Assembly: GCA_937910695.1 (NCBI GenBank)
Contig: CALEMW010000069.1
Span: forward strand, 17,933 to 81,932
Length of the DNA: 64,000 bases
Origin: an uncultured bacterium
GTDB lineage: Bacteria; Krumholzibacteriota; Krumholzibacteriia; LZORAL124-64-63
Direction: 5' to 3'
Shown here: positions 35,376-43,703 of the stretch, one piece after another
How the letters are laid out: each line of letters begins with the position of its first letter
Numbering within the stretch: position 1 is the first letter of the stretch
The notes under the pieces: model-generated
Seen by the model: only the letters and a program-made list of their open reading frames with translations
What the model was told of the DNA's origin: nothing
Databases searched by the model: none
Position numbers and translations under genes: made by a program

Positions 35376-35936
35376 TCAGACAAACACGTGCTCCACCACG
35401 ATCCGCACCCCGATCAGGATCAGCAGCACGCCGCCGGCGACTTCCATGCCGCGGCCGAATCGCCTGCCCAGACGATCTCCGAAACGGTGGCCGACGACCG
35501 AGAACACGCAGGCCACGACCCCGATCACCGCGCTCGGCAGCCAGACCGTGATCCGCAGCATGGCCAGCGACAGACCCACGGCGAAGGCGTCGATGCTCGT
35601 AGCCACACTGAGCAGGATGAGGGACCAGCCTCGGGAAGGATCGGAGGACGGAGCCTCGTGGTCGGCGGCGAGGGCTTCACGGATCATCCTGCCGCCGATG
35701 AAGGCCAACAGCGCGAAGGCGATCCAGTGGTCGACGGCCTCGACGGCGCCCGCCACCGTCGAACCGACGGCCCAGCCGATCACTGGCATCAGAAACTGAA
35801 AAAGCCCGAAATGGAATGCTAGACGGAAGGTGGCTCGCACACCCCGGGCGCGACCAGACGTGCCCGCGCCGAGTGAGACAGCAAAGGCATCCATGGCCAG
35901 GGCGACGGCGATCATCAGGGTCTCGACCCACGTCAT
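35376..35936 (-). CDS. mntP: Manganese efflux pump MntP.
   Basis: The 186-aa membrane protein has duplicated AMDAFAVS / SIDAFAVG motifs typical of MntP. ATGA overlaps the upstream gene. Confidence 0.8.
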   Translation of the reverse strand: MTWVETLMIAVALAMDAFAVSLGAGTSGRARGVRATFRLAFHFGLFQFLMPVIGWAVGSTVAGAVEAVDHWIAFALLAFIGGRMIREALAADHEAPSSDPSRGWSLILLSVATSIDAFAVGLSLAMLRITVWLPSAVIGVVACVFSVVGHRFGDRLGRRFGRGMEVAGGVLLILIGVRIVVEHVFV

Positions 35937-37066
35937 GCAGAGCCCGATCGCTCGTACATCACACCGCGCTTCTTCAGCTCCTCGAGCAGGAACGCCGTCA
36001 GGCCGGGATCACGGCCCAGGAATTCCGGCGGCGTGATGCCCGTTTCGCGGTAGCGTCCCTCCGCGATCGCCCGCACGACCGAAGTGGCCGTATAGCCCGT
36101 GGTCCTCGCCATGGAATGGTGGCCCGACTCCGGATCCCAACGATCGACCAGACGCCAGACGATCTCCTGGTCGGCTCCACTTCGGTCACCGCACACGCGG
36201 ATCTCCAGCACCGTCACATCGCCTTCCCCTTCAGGCATGCGCCATTGCGCGGCCAGCAGCGGCAAGGTCACGTCGACCGGCCGCACGTCCACGCCGCCGG
36301 CGCGGCATGGTGTCTCATCGAAGAGCCCCACGTCGCGCAGCAGCTGCATCTGGGCCGCGGTGCCCGGCCAGCGCAGGGTCTTCTCGCGGAGGTCGGGCAC
36401 GCCGAGGGTGCGGGCGAGGGTGCGGATGCCGTCGGTGTTGAAGGATTCCAGTTCGCCGAGGCCGGGCCAATCGACACGTTCGACGTCGGACAGGGCGGGG
36501 CGCACGACTTCCTTGCCGCCCCGCAGATAGCGGGCGGGGCGTACGTACTCCTCGATCACGTCGGACGGGGAGAAGACCGAGCGGTAGTTCAGCGGCGGCG
36601 TGGGGTGTTCGGGCAGGCCGCCCACGAGTACCTCGACCGAGCGGGCGGTGTCGAAGGACCGCACGGCGTCCATGCAGAGCGCGCTGCCCATGCCGGGGAA
36701 TACGCCGCAGTCGACGACGGCGACGACGCCGCGTTCGCGGGCGAGGGCGTCGAGTTCGAAGGGGTCTTCGGGGAAGAAGGAGATCGACACCACGTCCACG
36801 CCGGCCTCGATGACCGCCTTCAAGGTGGCGAAGCCCATGTGGCCTGGCGTGGCTTCGATCACGAGGTCGGCCCCCGAGATCGCCCGGCGGATGTCGGACG
36901 CGCGGGACAGATCGGCCTCGCGGACGGCGACGTCGGCGCGGGCGGCCACGCGGCTCAGGGCCGCGACGTCGCGGTCGATCACCGTCACTTTGAACCTGGG
37001 GTCCGCCGCCAGATCCTCGGCCATGGGGGCGCCGACCAGGCCGGCGCCGAGCACGCTGATGTCCAT
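35933..37066 (-). CDS. Saccharopine dehydrogenase-family NAD(P)-binding oxidoreductase.
   Basis: MDISVLGAGLVGAPMAEDLA...KVTVIDRD is a Rossmann GxGxxG start and matches the Sacchrp_dh_NADP N-terminal fold. A GGAGG RBS is present. Length is 377 aa. Confidence 0.65.
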   Translation of the reverse strand: MDISVLGAGLVGAPMAEDLAADPRFKVTVIDRDVAALSRVAARADVAVREADLSRASDIRRAISGADLVIEATPGHMGFATLKAVIEAGVDVVSISFFPEDPFELDALARERGVVAVVDCGVFPGMGSALCMDAVRSFDTARSVEVLVGGLPEHPTPPLNYRSVFSPSDVIEEYVRPARYLRGGKEVVRPALSDVERVDWPGLGELESFNTDGIRTLARTLGVPDLREKTLRWPGTAAQMQLLRDVGLFDETPCRAGGVDVRPVDVTLPLLAAQWRMPEGEGDVTVLEIRVCGDRSGADQEIVWRLVDRWDPESGHHSMARTTGYTATSVVRAIAEGRYRETGITPPEFLGRDPGLTAFLLEELKKRGVMYERSGSA

Positions 37067-37133
37067 GTCTGACCTCCGCTGCGGAGGATCGTTCGGTCCG
37101 GGCTGTCCGTCCAGACCGAAATCTTCCAGCCGG

Positions 37134-37694
37134 TCAGCGCGCCGCCGTCTCCTCCAGCAGCGCCTTGAGCGCGTCGTAGTTCGCCGAGTCCCGCAGGTCG
37201 TGTTCGGTCAGGTTGTAGACCGCCACCGGCTCGTTCTCCCCGTCGAGGATCACGACGTCGCGGTAGGTCACGTCCCACGAGTTCCAGACGTCGACGGCGG
37301 TCATGTCCTGGAGCCAGGGGATGTCGCGTCCCTCGCACATGACGGCATTGTCGGCTTCCAGGTTCTGTTCGTTGATGCCCAGGATCGCGATGTCCGACCC
37401 GGTGCTCTTGGCCGCCAACTCTATCTGCATGGCATTGAGAAGCCCGAACTGGGCTTGGCAATAGCCTCAGCCGGCGTGGGAGAAATACCAGGCGGAGACT
37501 CCGCCGAGGTAGTCCCGGGGCGATACGGCGGTGCCCGACGTCGCCGACGTGGTATTGGCGTCGATGAGCGAGAAATTCGGGACCGCGTCGGCAGACACGA
37601 CGATCGGCGAAGTCGTGTCCTCATCGCAACCCCAGGCCACGAGGAGAACGAGCGCCGCCAGGGCAGCGAACATGGTCGAGCGAACGGATCTCAT
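37134..37694 (-). CDS. Candidate selenoprotein: AhpC/TSA-redoxin-fold (BCP/Prx-like) lipoprotein with an in-frame TGA (Sec) in a U-G-Y-C redox motif.
   Basis: Track ORFs 37467..37694 and 37134..37430 are in the same frame, separated only by TGA at 37467-37469. The read-through product is ...PNFSLIDANTTSATSGTAVSPRDYLGGVSAWYFSHAG-U-GYCQAQFGLLNAMQIELAAKSTGSDIAILGINEQN.... This aligns with the E. coli BCP region PDFSLPDQDG...[44 protein letters not shown]. An AAGGAG RBS precedes the first ATG only; there is no RBS before the second ORF. TGA is used as an ordinary stop elsewhere in the window, so this is not global recoding. Confidence 0.6.
37431..37466 (-). promoter_or_regulatory. Bacterial SECIS-like stem-loop immediately downstream of the in-frame UGA.
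   Basis: The mRNA reads UGA-GGC(U)AUUG-CC-AAGCCC-AGUUC-GGGCUU-CU-CAAUGCC. The 17-nt upper hairpin has a 6-bp stem and a GU-containing pentaloop, and starts 11 nt after UGA. The lower stem has a bulged U. This geometry matches the E. coli fdhF SECIS requirement. Confidence 0.45.
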
Positions 37695-37919
37695 GAAGTC
37701 TCCTTTGGTGTCCGGGACGACCCATGGGGTGGATCGCCCGCGAATGTCGGTTTCTCCTATCGTATCACAAGGCTTTCATGCCGACCACCCCCCCCCATCC
37801 GCCTGCCGCGACGGCACCCGAACAACGCGAACCCATCGTTGAACCTCCCGCGCCGCCCGCTATACTCACCCTTGCGTCGCGCTACGCCCTCATCCCGACG
37901 GACCAGGAGCCACCCCTCC

Positions 37920-39962
37920 ATGACCCCCCTCGACTGGACCATCCTGATTGCCATGTACGTGGCCATCGTCGCCGTCGTGGTGGTGACCCGGCGACACATG
38001 CGCAGCGTTTCCGACTACCTGGCCGCGGGACGTTCGGCGGGACGGTACCTGCTGACCATCAGCGCCGGCATCGCCGGCCTGGGGGCCATCACCGTGGTCG
38101 CCAACCTCGAGATGGGTTATCAGGCCGGATTCGCCATGGGCTGGTGGGGGCTGACGATGGCCCTGTTCGGGGTGATCGTCACGGTGAGCGGCTGGATCAA
38201 CTACCGCTTCCGGCGCACGAGGGCGCTGACCCTCGCCGAATTCCTCGAGCGGCGCTACAGCCGCAAGTTCCGTATCTACGCCGGCACGGTGGCCTTCGGA
38301 GCGGGGCTCATCAACTTCGGCATCTTCCCGGCGGTGGGCGCCCGGTTCTTCATCACCTTCCTCGGCCTGCCGGAAACGTGGCAGCTCGGAATGTTCGCCG
38401 TACCGGTGTTCCCGGCCCTGATGGCCGTGCTGCTGACCACCGCGGTCTACTTCGTGTTCGCGGGCGGGCAGGTGGCGGTCATGATCACCGACTTCGTGCA
38501 GGGCGCCTTCGCGAACCTGGTGTTCCTGATCCTCGCGGTCTACCTGATCGTGCAGGTCGGCTGGGGCGACGTGGGCGAGGTCATGGCGCAGACGGCGCCC
38601 GGTCACTCCAAGATCAACCCCTTCGACACGGGCTTCGTGGACGACTTCAACCTCACCTACTTCCTGATCGGGGCGATGGGCCTGTTCTATAGCGCCATGT
38701 CGTGGCAGGGCACCCAGGCCTACAACTCGTCGGCCCGGACCGCCCACGAGGGCAAGATGGGCGGCGTGCTCGGCTTGTGGCGCGGACGCTCCCAGGACGT
38801 GTTCATGACCATGGTGCCGATCCTGGTCTTCACGGTGATGAACCACCCCGACTGGACGGGCTTCGCCGGCGGCGTGCAGGAACAGCTGGCCACCATCGAC
38901 AACGAGGCGGTGCGCAATCAGATGCGCGCTCCCCTGGCCCTGGCCGCCCTGCTGCCCAAGGGACTGATGGGGGCCTTCGCGGCCCTCATGCTCGGCGCCT
39001 TCATCAGCACCCACAACACGTACCTGCATTCGTGGAGCAGCATCTTCATCCAGGACGTGGTGATGCCGTTCCGCAAGACGCCCCTGTCGCCCAAGACCCA
39101 CATGCGGCTGCTGCGCGGCGGCGTGGTGGGCGTGGCCGTGTTCATCTTCCTGTTCTCGCTGCTCTACAAGCAGAGCCAGGCCATCCTGCTGTTCTTCGCC
39201 CTGACCGGGGCGATCTTCGCCGGCTGGTCGGGGGCCGTGGTCATCGGCGGGCTGTACACGCGTTGGGGCACGACCGCCGCCGCCTGGGCAACAGGCATCA
39301 CCGGCGTGACCCTCACGGTCACCGGATTCGTGCTCGAACAGGCCCAGCGCTCATGGCGGGAAACCGGCGTCGCCTTCTGGGGAGTTTTGGACTTCGTAGG
39401 ACTGGAACGCGCAGAAGCGTGGGCGGCCTGGACCAGCGAACGTCTGCCCAACGGACAGCATATCTGGGGCTGGGCCATGTGGCTGTCGCTGGTGGTCTAC
39501 GTGGGCGTATCGATGGCCCAGCAGATGCATCGGCGGCGCCTGTTCGATCTCGACAGGATGCTGCACCGCGGTCCGTACGAAATCGCCGGTGAAGTGGAGC
39601 ACGGCACCGTCGCGGTCGGCCGGGGATGGCGCGCCCTGGGCGTCACTTCAGAATTCGGGTTCCGCGACAAGGTCCTGTATATTCTGACCTGGGGCTGGAA
39701 CATCGTCTGGGTGATCATCTTCGTCGCGGGGACCGTTTACTTCCTGACCCGCAACGTCGACAATGGCGACTGGAGCCGCTGGGACGGAGCATGGCTGCGG
39801 TTCTGGGAAACGAAGATCTGGATCGAGGTCGGTGTCTCGGCCATCGTCATCGTCTGGTTTACATGGGGTGGCATCCGTGACGTGAAGGCGTTGCTGCGCA
39901 CCCTCTCCTCAAGGGAGCGCGACCACGGCGACGACGGTTTTGTGAGCCGGAACGATTCGTGA
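37920..39962 (+). CDS. Sodium:solute symporter family (SSF) transporter.
   Basis: The 680-aa product has ~14 predicted TM segments, and its N-terminal MTPLDWTILIAMYVAIVAVVVVTRRHMRSVSDYLAAGRSAGRYLLTISAGIAGLGAITVVANLEMGYQAGFAMGWWG is typical of SSF. The real start at 37920 is an internal Met of the long track ORF 36600..39962. Confidence 0.75.
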   Translation: MTPLDWTILIAMYVAIVAVVVVTRRHMRSVSDYLAAGRSAGRYLLTISAGIAGLGAITVVANLEMGYQAGFAMGWWGLTMALFGVIVTVSGWINYRFRRTRALTLAEFLERRYSRKFRIYAGTVAFGAGLINFGIFPAVGARFFITFLGLPETWQLGMFAVPVFPALMAVLLTTAVYFVFAGGQVAVMITDFVQGAFANLVFLILAVYLIVQVGWGDVGEVMAQTAPGHSKINPFDTGFVDDFNLTYFLIGAMGLFYSAMSWQGTQAYNSSARTAHEGKMGGVLGLWRGRSQDVFMTMVPILVFTVMNHPDWTGFAGGVQEQLATIDNEAVRNQMRAPLALAALLPKGLMGAFAALMLGAFISTHNTYLHSWSSIFIQDVVMPFRKTPLSPKTHMRLLRGGVVGVAVFIFLFSLLYKQSQAILLFFALTGAIFAGWSGAVVIGGLYTRWGTTAAAWATGITGVTLTVTGFVLEQAQRSWRETGVAFWGVLDFVGLERAEAWAAWTSERLPNGQHIWGWAMWLSLVVYVGVSMAQQMHRRRLFDLDRMLHRGPYEIAGEVEHGTVAVGRGWRALGVTSEFGFRDKVLYILTWGWNIVWVIIFVAGTVYFLTRNVDNGDWSRWDGAWLRFWETKIWIEVGVSAIVIVWFTWGGIRDVKALLRTLSSRERDHGDDGFVSRNDS

Positions 39963-39976
39963 ACGAGGGGACGACG

Positions 39977-40861
39977 ATGAAGAAACTGACGATCCTGATG
40001 CTGGCGATCCTGGCCATCTTCGGTTGCAGCGACGACGAGTACCGCAAGGACATCGACGCCCGCCACGCCGAGCGCATCGACGCCCTCCGCTCCGATACCG
40101 GCTGGCTGACCCTCGTGGGACTGCACCCGCTGCGGGACGGAGTCCAGGAGATCGGTGCGGGCGCAACGATGGATGTCCCCATGACCGAAGGAGCGCCGCC
40201 CCATCTCGGAACCCTTGCCGTCGAGGAAAACACCGTCGTGTTCGCCGCGGCGCCGGGAGTGGTCGTGTCCCTGCTGGAAGACGACGACGTGGTGATCTCC
40301 CATATGATCCTCGACACCGACCACGACGGACCACCGACGATCCTCACTCAGGGAAGCCTCGTCTTTCACGTGATCGACCGCGACGGCGCCTTGTATCTGC
40401 GTGTGAAGGACCGCGAGAGCTCCGTGCTGAAGTCGTTTACCGGCATCGACCGCTTCCCCGTACACCCGCGCTGGCGCGTCACCGCCCATCTCGAGCCCGG
40501 CGGTACCGGAGTCGTGATGGTGCCCAACGTTATCGGCGGCGAATCTCCGTCGCCAAGTCCCGGCGACCTGGTCTTCGAGATCGAAGGCCGTCAACTGCGC
40601 CTCACTCCCATGGGCGAACCGGCCGAAGGGCTCTTCCTGGTCTTCGGCGACGCCACCAACGGCCATGCCACCTACGGCGGCGGCCGCTTCCTATCCACGG
40701 ACCCCGTAGCCGACGACGGCACGGTGATGCTCGACTTCAACCTGGCCGTCAACCCGCCCTGCGTGTTCACGCCGTACGCCACCTGCCCGCTGCCCCCCGA
40801 GGGCAACGTGATGGCATTCGCAATGGAGGCGGGAGAAAAGATGTGGGGCGGGCACCACTGA
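39977..40861 (+). CDS. DUF1684-domain lipoprotein.
   Basis: A GAGGGG RBS precedes MKKLTILMLAILAIFGCSDD (lipobox). The C-terminal motifs are ...GHATYGGGRFLSTD...MLDFNLAVNPPCVFTPYATCPLPPEGN...AGEKMW, characteristic of DUF1684. Confidence 0.6.
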   Translation: MKKLTILMLAILAIFGCSDDEYRKDIDARHAERIDALRSDTGWLTLVGLHPLRDGVQEIGAGATMDVPMTEGAPPHLGTLAVEENTVVFAAAPGVVVSLLEDDDVVISHMILDTDHDGPPTILTQGSLVFHVIDRDGALYLRVKDRESSVLKSFTGIDRFPVHPRWRVTAHLEPGGTGVVMVPNVIGGESPSPSPGDLVFEIEGRQLRLTPMGEPAEGLFLVFGDATNGHATYGGGRFLSTDPVADDGTVMLDFNLAVNPPCVFTPYATCPLPPEGNVMAFAMEAGEKMWGGHH

Positions 40862-40879
40862 CCCGCCCCATGAGGCCGG

Positions 40880-41488
40880 TTACTTGAGGCGGTCGGGAAA
40901 GGTCTTGCGGGCCTTGTCGACCTTGGGCCGCACCACCATCTGACAGTAGGCCTGATCGGGATTCTTCTTGAAGTAGTCCTGGTGGTAGCCCTCGGCCTCA
41001 TGAAAGATTTTCAGAGGTACGACCTGGGTCACGATCGGATCGGGCCAGCGCTTGGCCTGGATCCGGGTGGCCGCGGCGGCAGCCTCGCGCTGGGCGTCGT
41101 CGTGGGTCAGGATGATCGATCGGTACTGGGTACCACGATCGGCGCCCTGGCGGTCCTTCGTGGTCGGATCATGGATCTGGAAAAAGATGTCGAGCAGGGC
41201 CTCGTAGGTCACCACCTCGGGATCGAACGTGATCTGGATCACTTCGGCGTGACCCGTCTCCCCAGAGCACACCGACTTGTATTCGGGCTGTTCGGAATCG
41301 TCGCCGCCGGCGTAGCCCGACACAACGCTCTTCACGCCGTCCATTTCCTCGTAGACGGCTTCCAAACACCAGAAACAACCCCCGCCCAGCGTGGCGCGTT
41401 CGGTTTTGGCCATGACGTCGGATCCTCCCAGGGCTACCGCTCCAGCAATGAGGAGCAGGGCCGGTCTGATGATCATTCCCAGCTTCAT
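40880..41488 (-). CDS. msrA: Peptide-methionine (S)-S-oxide reductase MsrA (secreted form).
   Basis: An AGGAGG RBS precedes the signal peptide MKLGMIIRPALLLIAGAVALGG. The active site ATLGGGCFWCLEAVY and the rest of the product are MsrA-like. The 84 upstream track codons are rejected. Confidence 0.85.
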   Translation of the reverse strand: MKLGMIIRPALLLIAGAVALGGSDVMAKTERATLGGGCFWCLEAVYEEMDGVKSVVSGYAGGDDSEQPEYKSVCSGETGHAEVIQITFDPEVVTYEALLDIFFQIHDPTTKDRQGADRGTQYRSIILTHDDAQREAAAAATRIQAKRWPDPIVTQVVPLKIFHEAEGYHQDYFKKNPDQAYCQMVVRPKVDKARKTFPDRLK

Positions 41489-41669
41489 GATGAACCTCCT
41501 TGCCCCAAGATAGACCAGTCCGAAGTTCTCCGCATTATCGGCCGCTCGCTTCCGTTCGGCACGATCCCTGCGACATGAGCGAGCGTTCAGGCCGAATCGG
41601 GGCGTTGGTTCCTGGTCGTTCCGCACCGCGCCCCGATCTTCCCTCCCCCCCACCGACCGGAGGGTCGCC

Positions 41670-41921
41670 ATGTCACAAACGACCCGATGGAGCACCACTG
41701 TTTCGCAGGCTGCAATATGTTGGGTCCTCGTGGCCGGCACGAACTTCGGGATCGTCCGCTACGACATCTCGGAGCTGGAAACCTACGTTCCGCGCGGCAC
41801 CACGGTGGACGTGGGCTCGTGGTCCGAGGCCGAGAGTTTCGACGCCCAGGGTGAACTCAAGTACCATCACTTCGCCTTCGACCGAGTCATCGACGGCGGC
41901 AGCTGGCAGATTCCTGAATAA
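41670..41921 (+). CDS. Small hypothetical protein (83 aa).
   Basis: A GGAGGG RBS lies 6 nt upstream of ATG 41670. A strong rho-independent terminator starts 17 nt after the stop. There is one N-terminal hydrophobic segment (AAICWVLVAGTNFGIV). No family was recognised. It sits in a 516-bp divergent intergenic region. Confidence 0.35.
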   Translation: MSQTTRWSTTVSQAAICWVLVAGTNFGIVRYDISELETYVPRGTTVDVGSWSEAESFDAQGELKYHHFAFDRVIDGGSWQIPE

Positions 41922-41937
41922 TCCGCAGACAAAGACG

Positions 41938-41976
41938 AACCGGAGACTGGGCCCAGTCTCCGGTTTGTTCTATCTT
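41938..41976 (+). terminator. Rho-independent terminator.
   Basis: The 12-bp stem aaccggagactg-GGCC-cagtctccggtt is followed by TGTTCTATCTT. It lies directly after small ORF 41670..41921. Confidence 0.55.
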
Positions 41977-42004
41977 GGGTTCGTCTTCAACGAAAGACCA
42001 GTCC

Positions 42005-42664
42005 ATGAACGACACCCTGCCGCGCCGACGGCACTACAGCCTCGGCGAGGAGATCGCCCACAGCGTCACCCACGGCATCGGCGCTGCGCTGAGCGTGGTG
42101 GCCCTCGTGCTGCTGGTCGTCCGCGCCTTAGGGACCGGCGACACCTGGCGGGTGGTCAGCTTCACCATCTTCGGCATCTCGATGGTGCTGCTCTACACGG
42201 CCTCGACACTCTACCACGCCCTGATCCCACCCCGGGCCAGGCACGTGTTCCAGGTGCTCGATCACGCGCTGATCTACGTGCTGATCGCAGGCTCGTACAC
42301 GCCGTTCCTGCTGGTGAGTCTGCGCGGCGGCTGGGGCTGGTCGATGTTCGGGGTGGTGTGGGGGCTGGCCGTGGTCGGCGTGGTGTTCAAGACCATGTTC
42401 GTCGGCCGCTTCCGCCTCGTCTCCACCTTGATGTATCTGGGGCTGGGCTGGATGAGCTTGATCGCCATCAAACCCATGATCGCCAACGTACCCACCGGCG
42501 GCCTGCTCTGGATGCTCGCCGGGGGCATCGCCTACTCCCTCGGAACGATCTTCTACATGTGGAAGGGTCTGAAGTATCATCATGCGGTGTGGCACGTGTT
42601 CGTGCTCGTCGGCTCGGCGTGTCACTTCCAGGCCGTCTACGGCTACCTGGCCCAGACATCCTGA
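42005..42664 (+). CDS. Hemolysin-III family (PAQR/YqfA-like) membrane protein.
   Basis: MNDTLPRRRHYSLGEEIAHSVTHGIGAALS... has 7 TM segments with conserved His residues (...HAVWHVFVLVGSACHF). The start is chosen at Met 11 of the track ORF. Confidence 0.75.
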   Translation: MNDTLPRRRHYSLGEEIAHSVTHGIGAALSVVALVLLVVRALGTGDTWRVVSFTIFGISMVLLYTASTLYHALIPPRARHVFQVLDHALIYVLIAGSYTPFLLVSLRGGWGWSMFGVVWGLAVVGVVFKTMFVGRFRLVSTLMYLGLGWMSLIAIKPMIANVPTGGLLWMLAGGIAYSLGTIFYMWKGLKYHHAVWHVFVLVGSACHFQAVYGYLAQTS

Positions 42665-42689
42665 TCATCAACTTCGGAGCACGTGAGCC

Positions 42690-43703
42690 ATGTCCGACCC
42701 CCACGCTTCCTCACCGTACGCCCTCGACATCGCCGTGGCCCTGGCCGCCGTTCGCGAGGCAGGCCTGCTGTGCCGCGCCGTGCAGGCCGGCATCGATCCC
42801 GGCGAATTGAGCAAGGACGACCGCAGCCCCGTAACCGTTGCCGACTTCGGCAGCCAGGCCCTGGTATGCCGCGCTTTAGCGGAAGCCCTGCCCGACGATC
42901 CGATCATCGGCGAGGAGGACGCCGACATGCTGAGGCAGCCCGCCAACTCCGCGGCGCTCTCGAGCGTGCTCGACCATGTCCGTGCATACCGCCCCGAAGC
43001 CGAGGCCGAAACCGTCTGCGCCTGGATCGACCGCGGCGGCAGCCGAGAGTCGACGCCCCGGTTCTGGACCCTCGACCCCATCGACGGCACCAAGGGCTTC
43101 CTCCGCGGCGAGCACTACGCCGTGGCCCTGGCCCTGATCGTCGAGGGCGAACCTGTCGTGGCCGCGATGGCCTGCCCGAATCTCGGCCCCGACCTCGCAA
43201 GTGACCGCGGCGCAGGCACTGTGTTCACCGCCGTGCGCGGCGAAGGCACGTGGGCCTGGCCCATGATCGGCAGCGACGACCCGCGGCCCGTATCGGTGAG
43301 CGATCTCGATGACCCTGCCGGTCTGCGCTTCTGCGAATCCGTGGAGGCAGCCCATTCCTCCCACGGCGACGCGGCGCGCATCGCGGACCGCCTCGGCGTG
43401 ACCGCTCCCGGCGTGCGCGTGGACAGCCAGGTGAAGTACGGCGTCACGTCGCGCGGGGAGGCCGACGCCTACCTGCGCCTCCCCAAGAACAACGTCTACC
43501 GGGAGAAGATCTGGGACCACGCCGCAGGTGCCCTGGTGGTGACCGAGGCCGGGGGCCGGGTCACCGATATCCACGGTCGCGACCTCGATTTTGCGAAGGG
43601 ATCCACCCTGGAGAACAACAGGGGCGTGATCGTGACCAACGGGCGTCTGCACGAGCGGATCATCGACGTGATCCGCGAGCTCGGAATCGGATCAGGGGAC
43701 TAG
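42690..43703 (+). CDS. cysQ: 3'(2'),5'-bisphosphate nucleotidase / inositol monophosphatase-family protein (CysQ/HAL2-like).
   Basis: The metal-binding motifs are EEDADM and WTLDPIDGTKGF, with WDHAAGALVVTEAGG at the C-terminal side. Length is 337 aa. The gene symbol is tentative. Confidence 0.65.
   Translation: MSDPHASSPYALDIAVALAAVREAGLLCRAVQAGIDPGELSKDDRSPVTVADFGSQALVCRALAEALPDDPIIGEEDADMLRQPANSAALSSVLDHVRAYRPEAEAETVCAWIDRGGSRESTPRFWTLDPIDGTKGFLRGEHYAVALALIVEGEPVVAAMACPNLGPDLASDRGAGTVFTAVRGEGTWAWPMIGSDDPRPVSVSDLDDPAGLRFCESVEAAHSSHGDAARIADRLGVTAPGVRVDSQVKYGVTSRGEADAYLRLPKNNVYREKIWDHAAGALVVTEAGGRVTDIHGRDLDFAKGSTLENNRGVIVTNGRLHERIIDVIRELGIGSGD

Noticed and set aside
37134-37694. Reading the two thioredoxin-fold fragments as a frameshifted pseudogene.
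   Set aside because: The fragments are in the same frame, separated by exactly one TGA at the catalytic position, with a SECIS-like hairpin at +11 and no RBS for the second fragment. A selenoprotein is the more economical explanation, though a pseudogene cannot be excluded without the Sec machinery.
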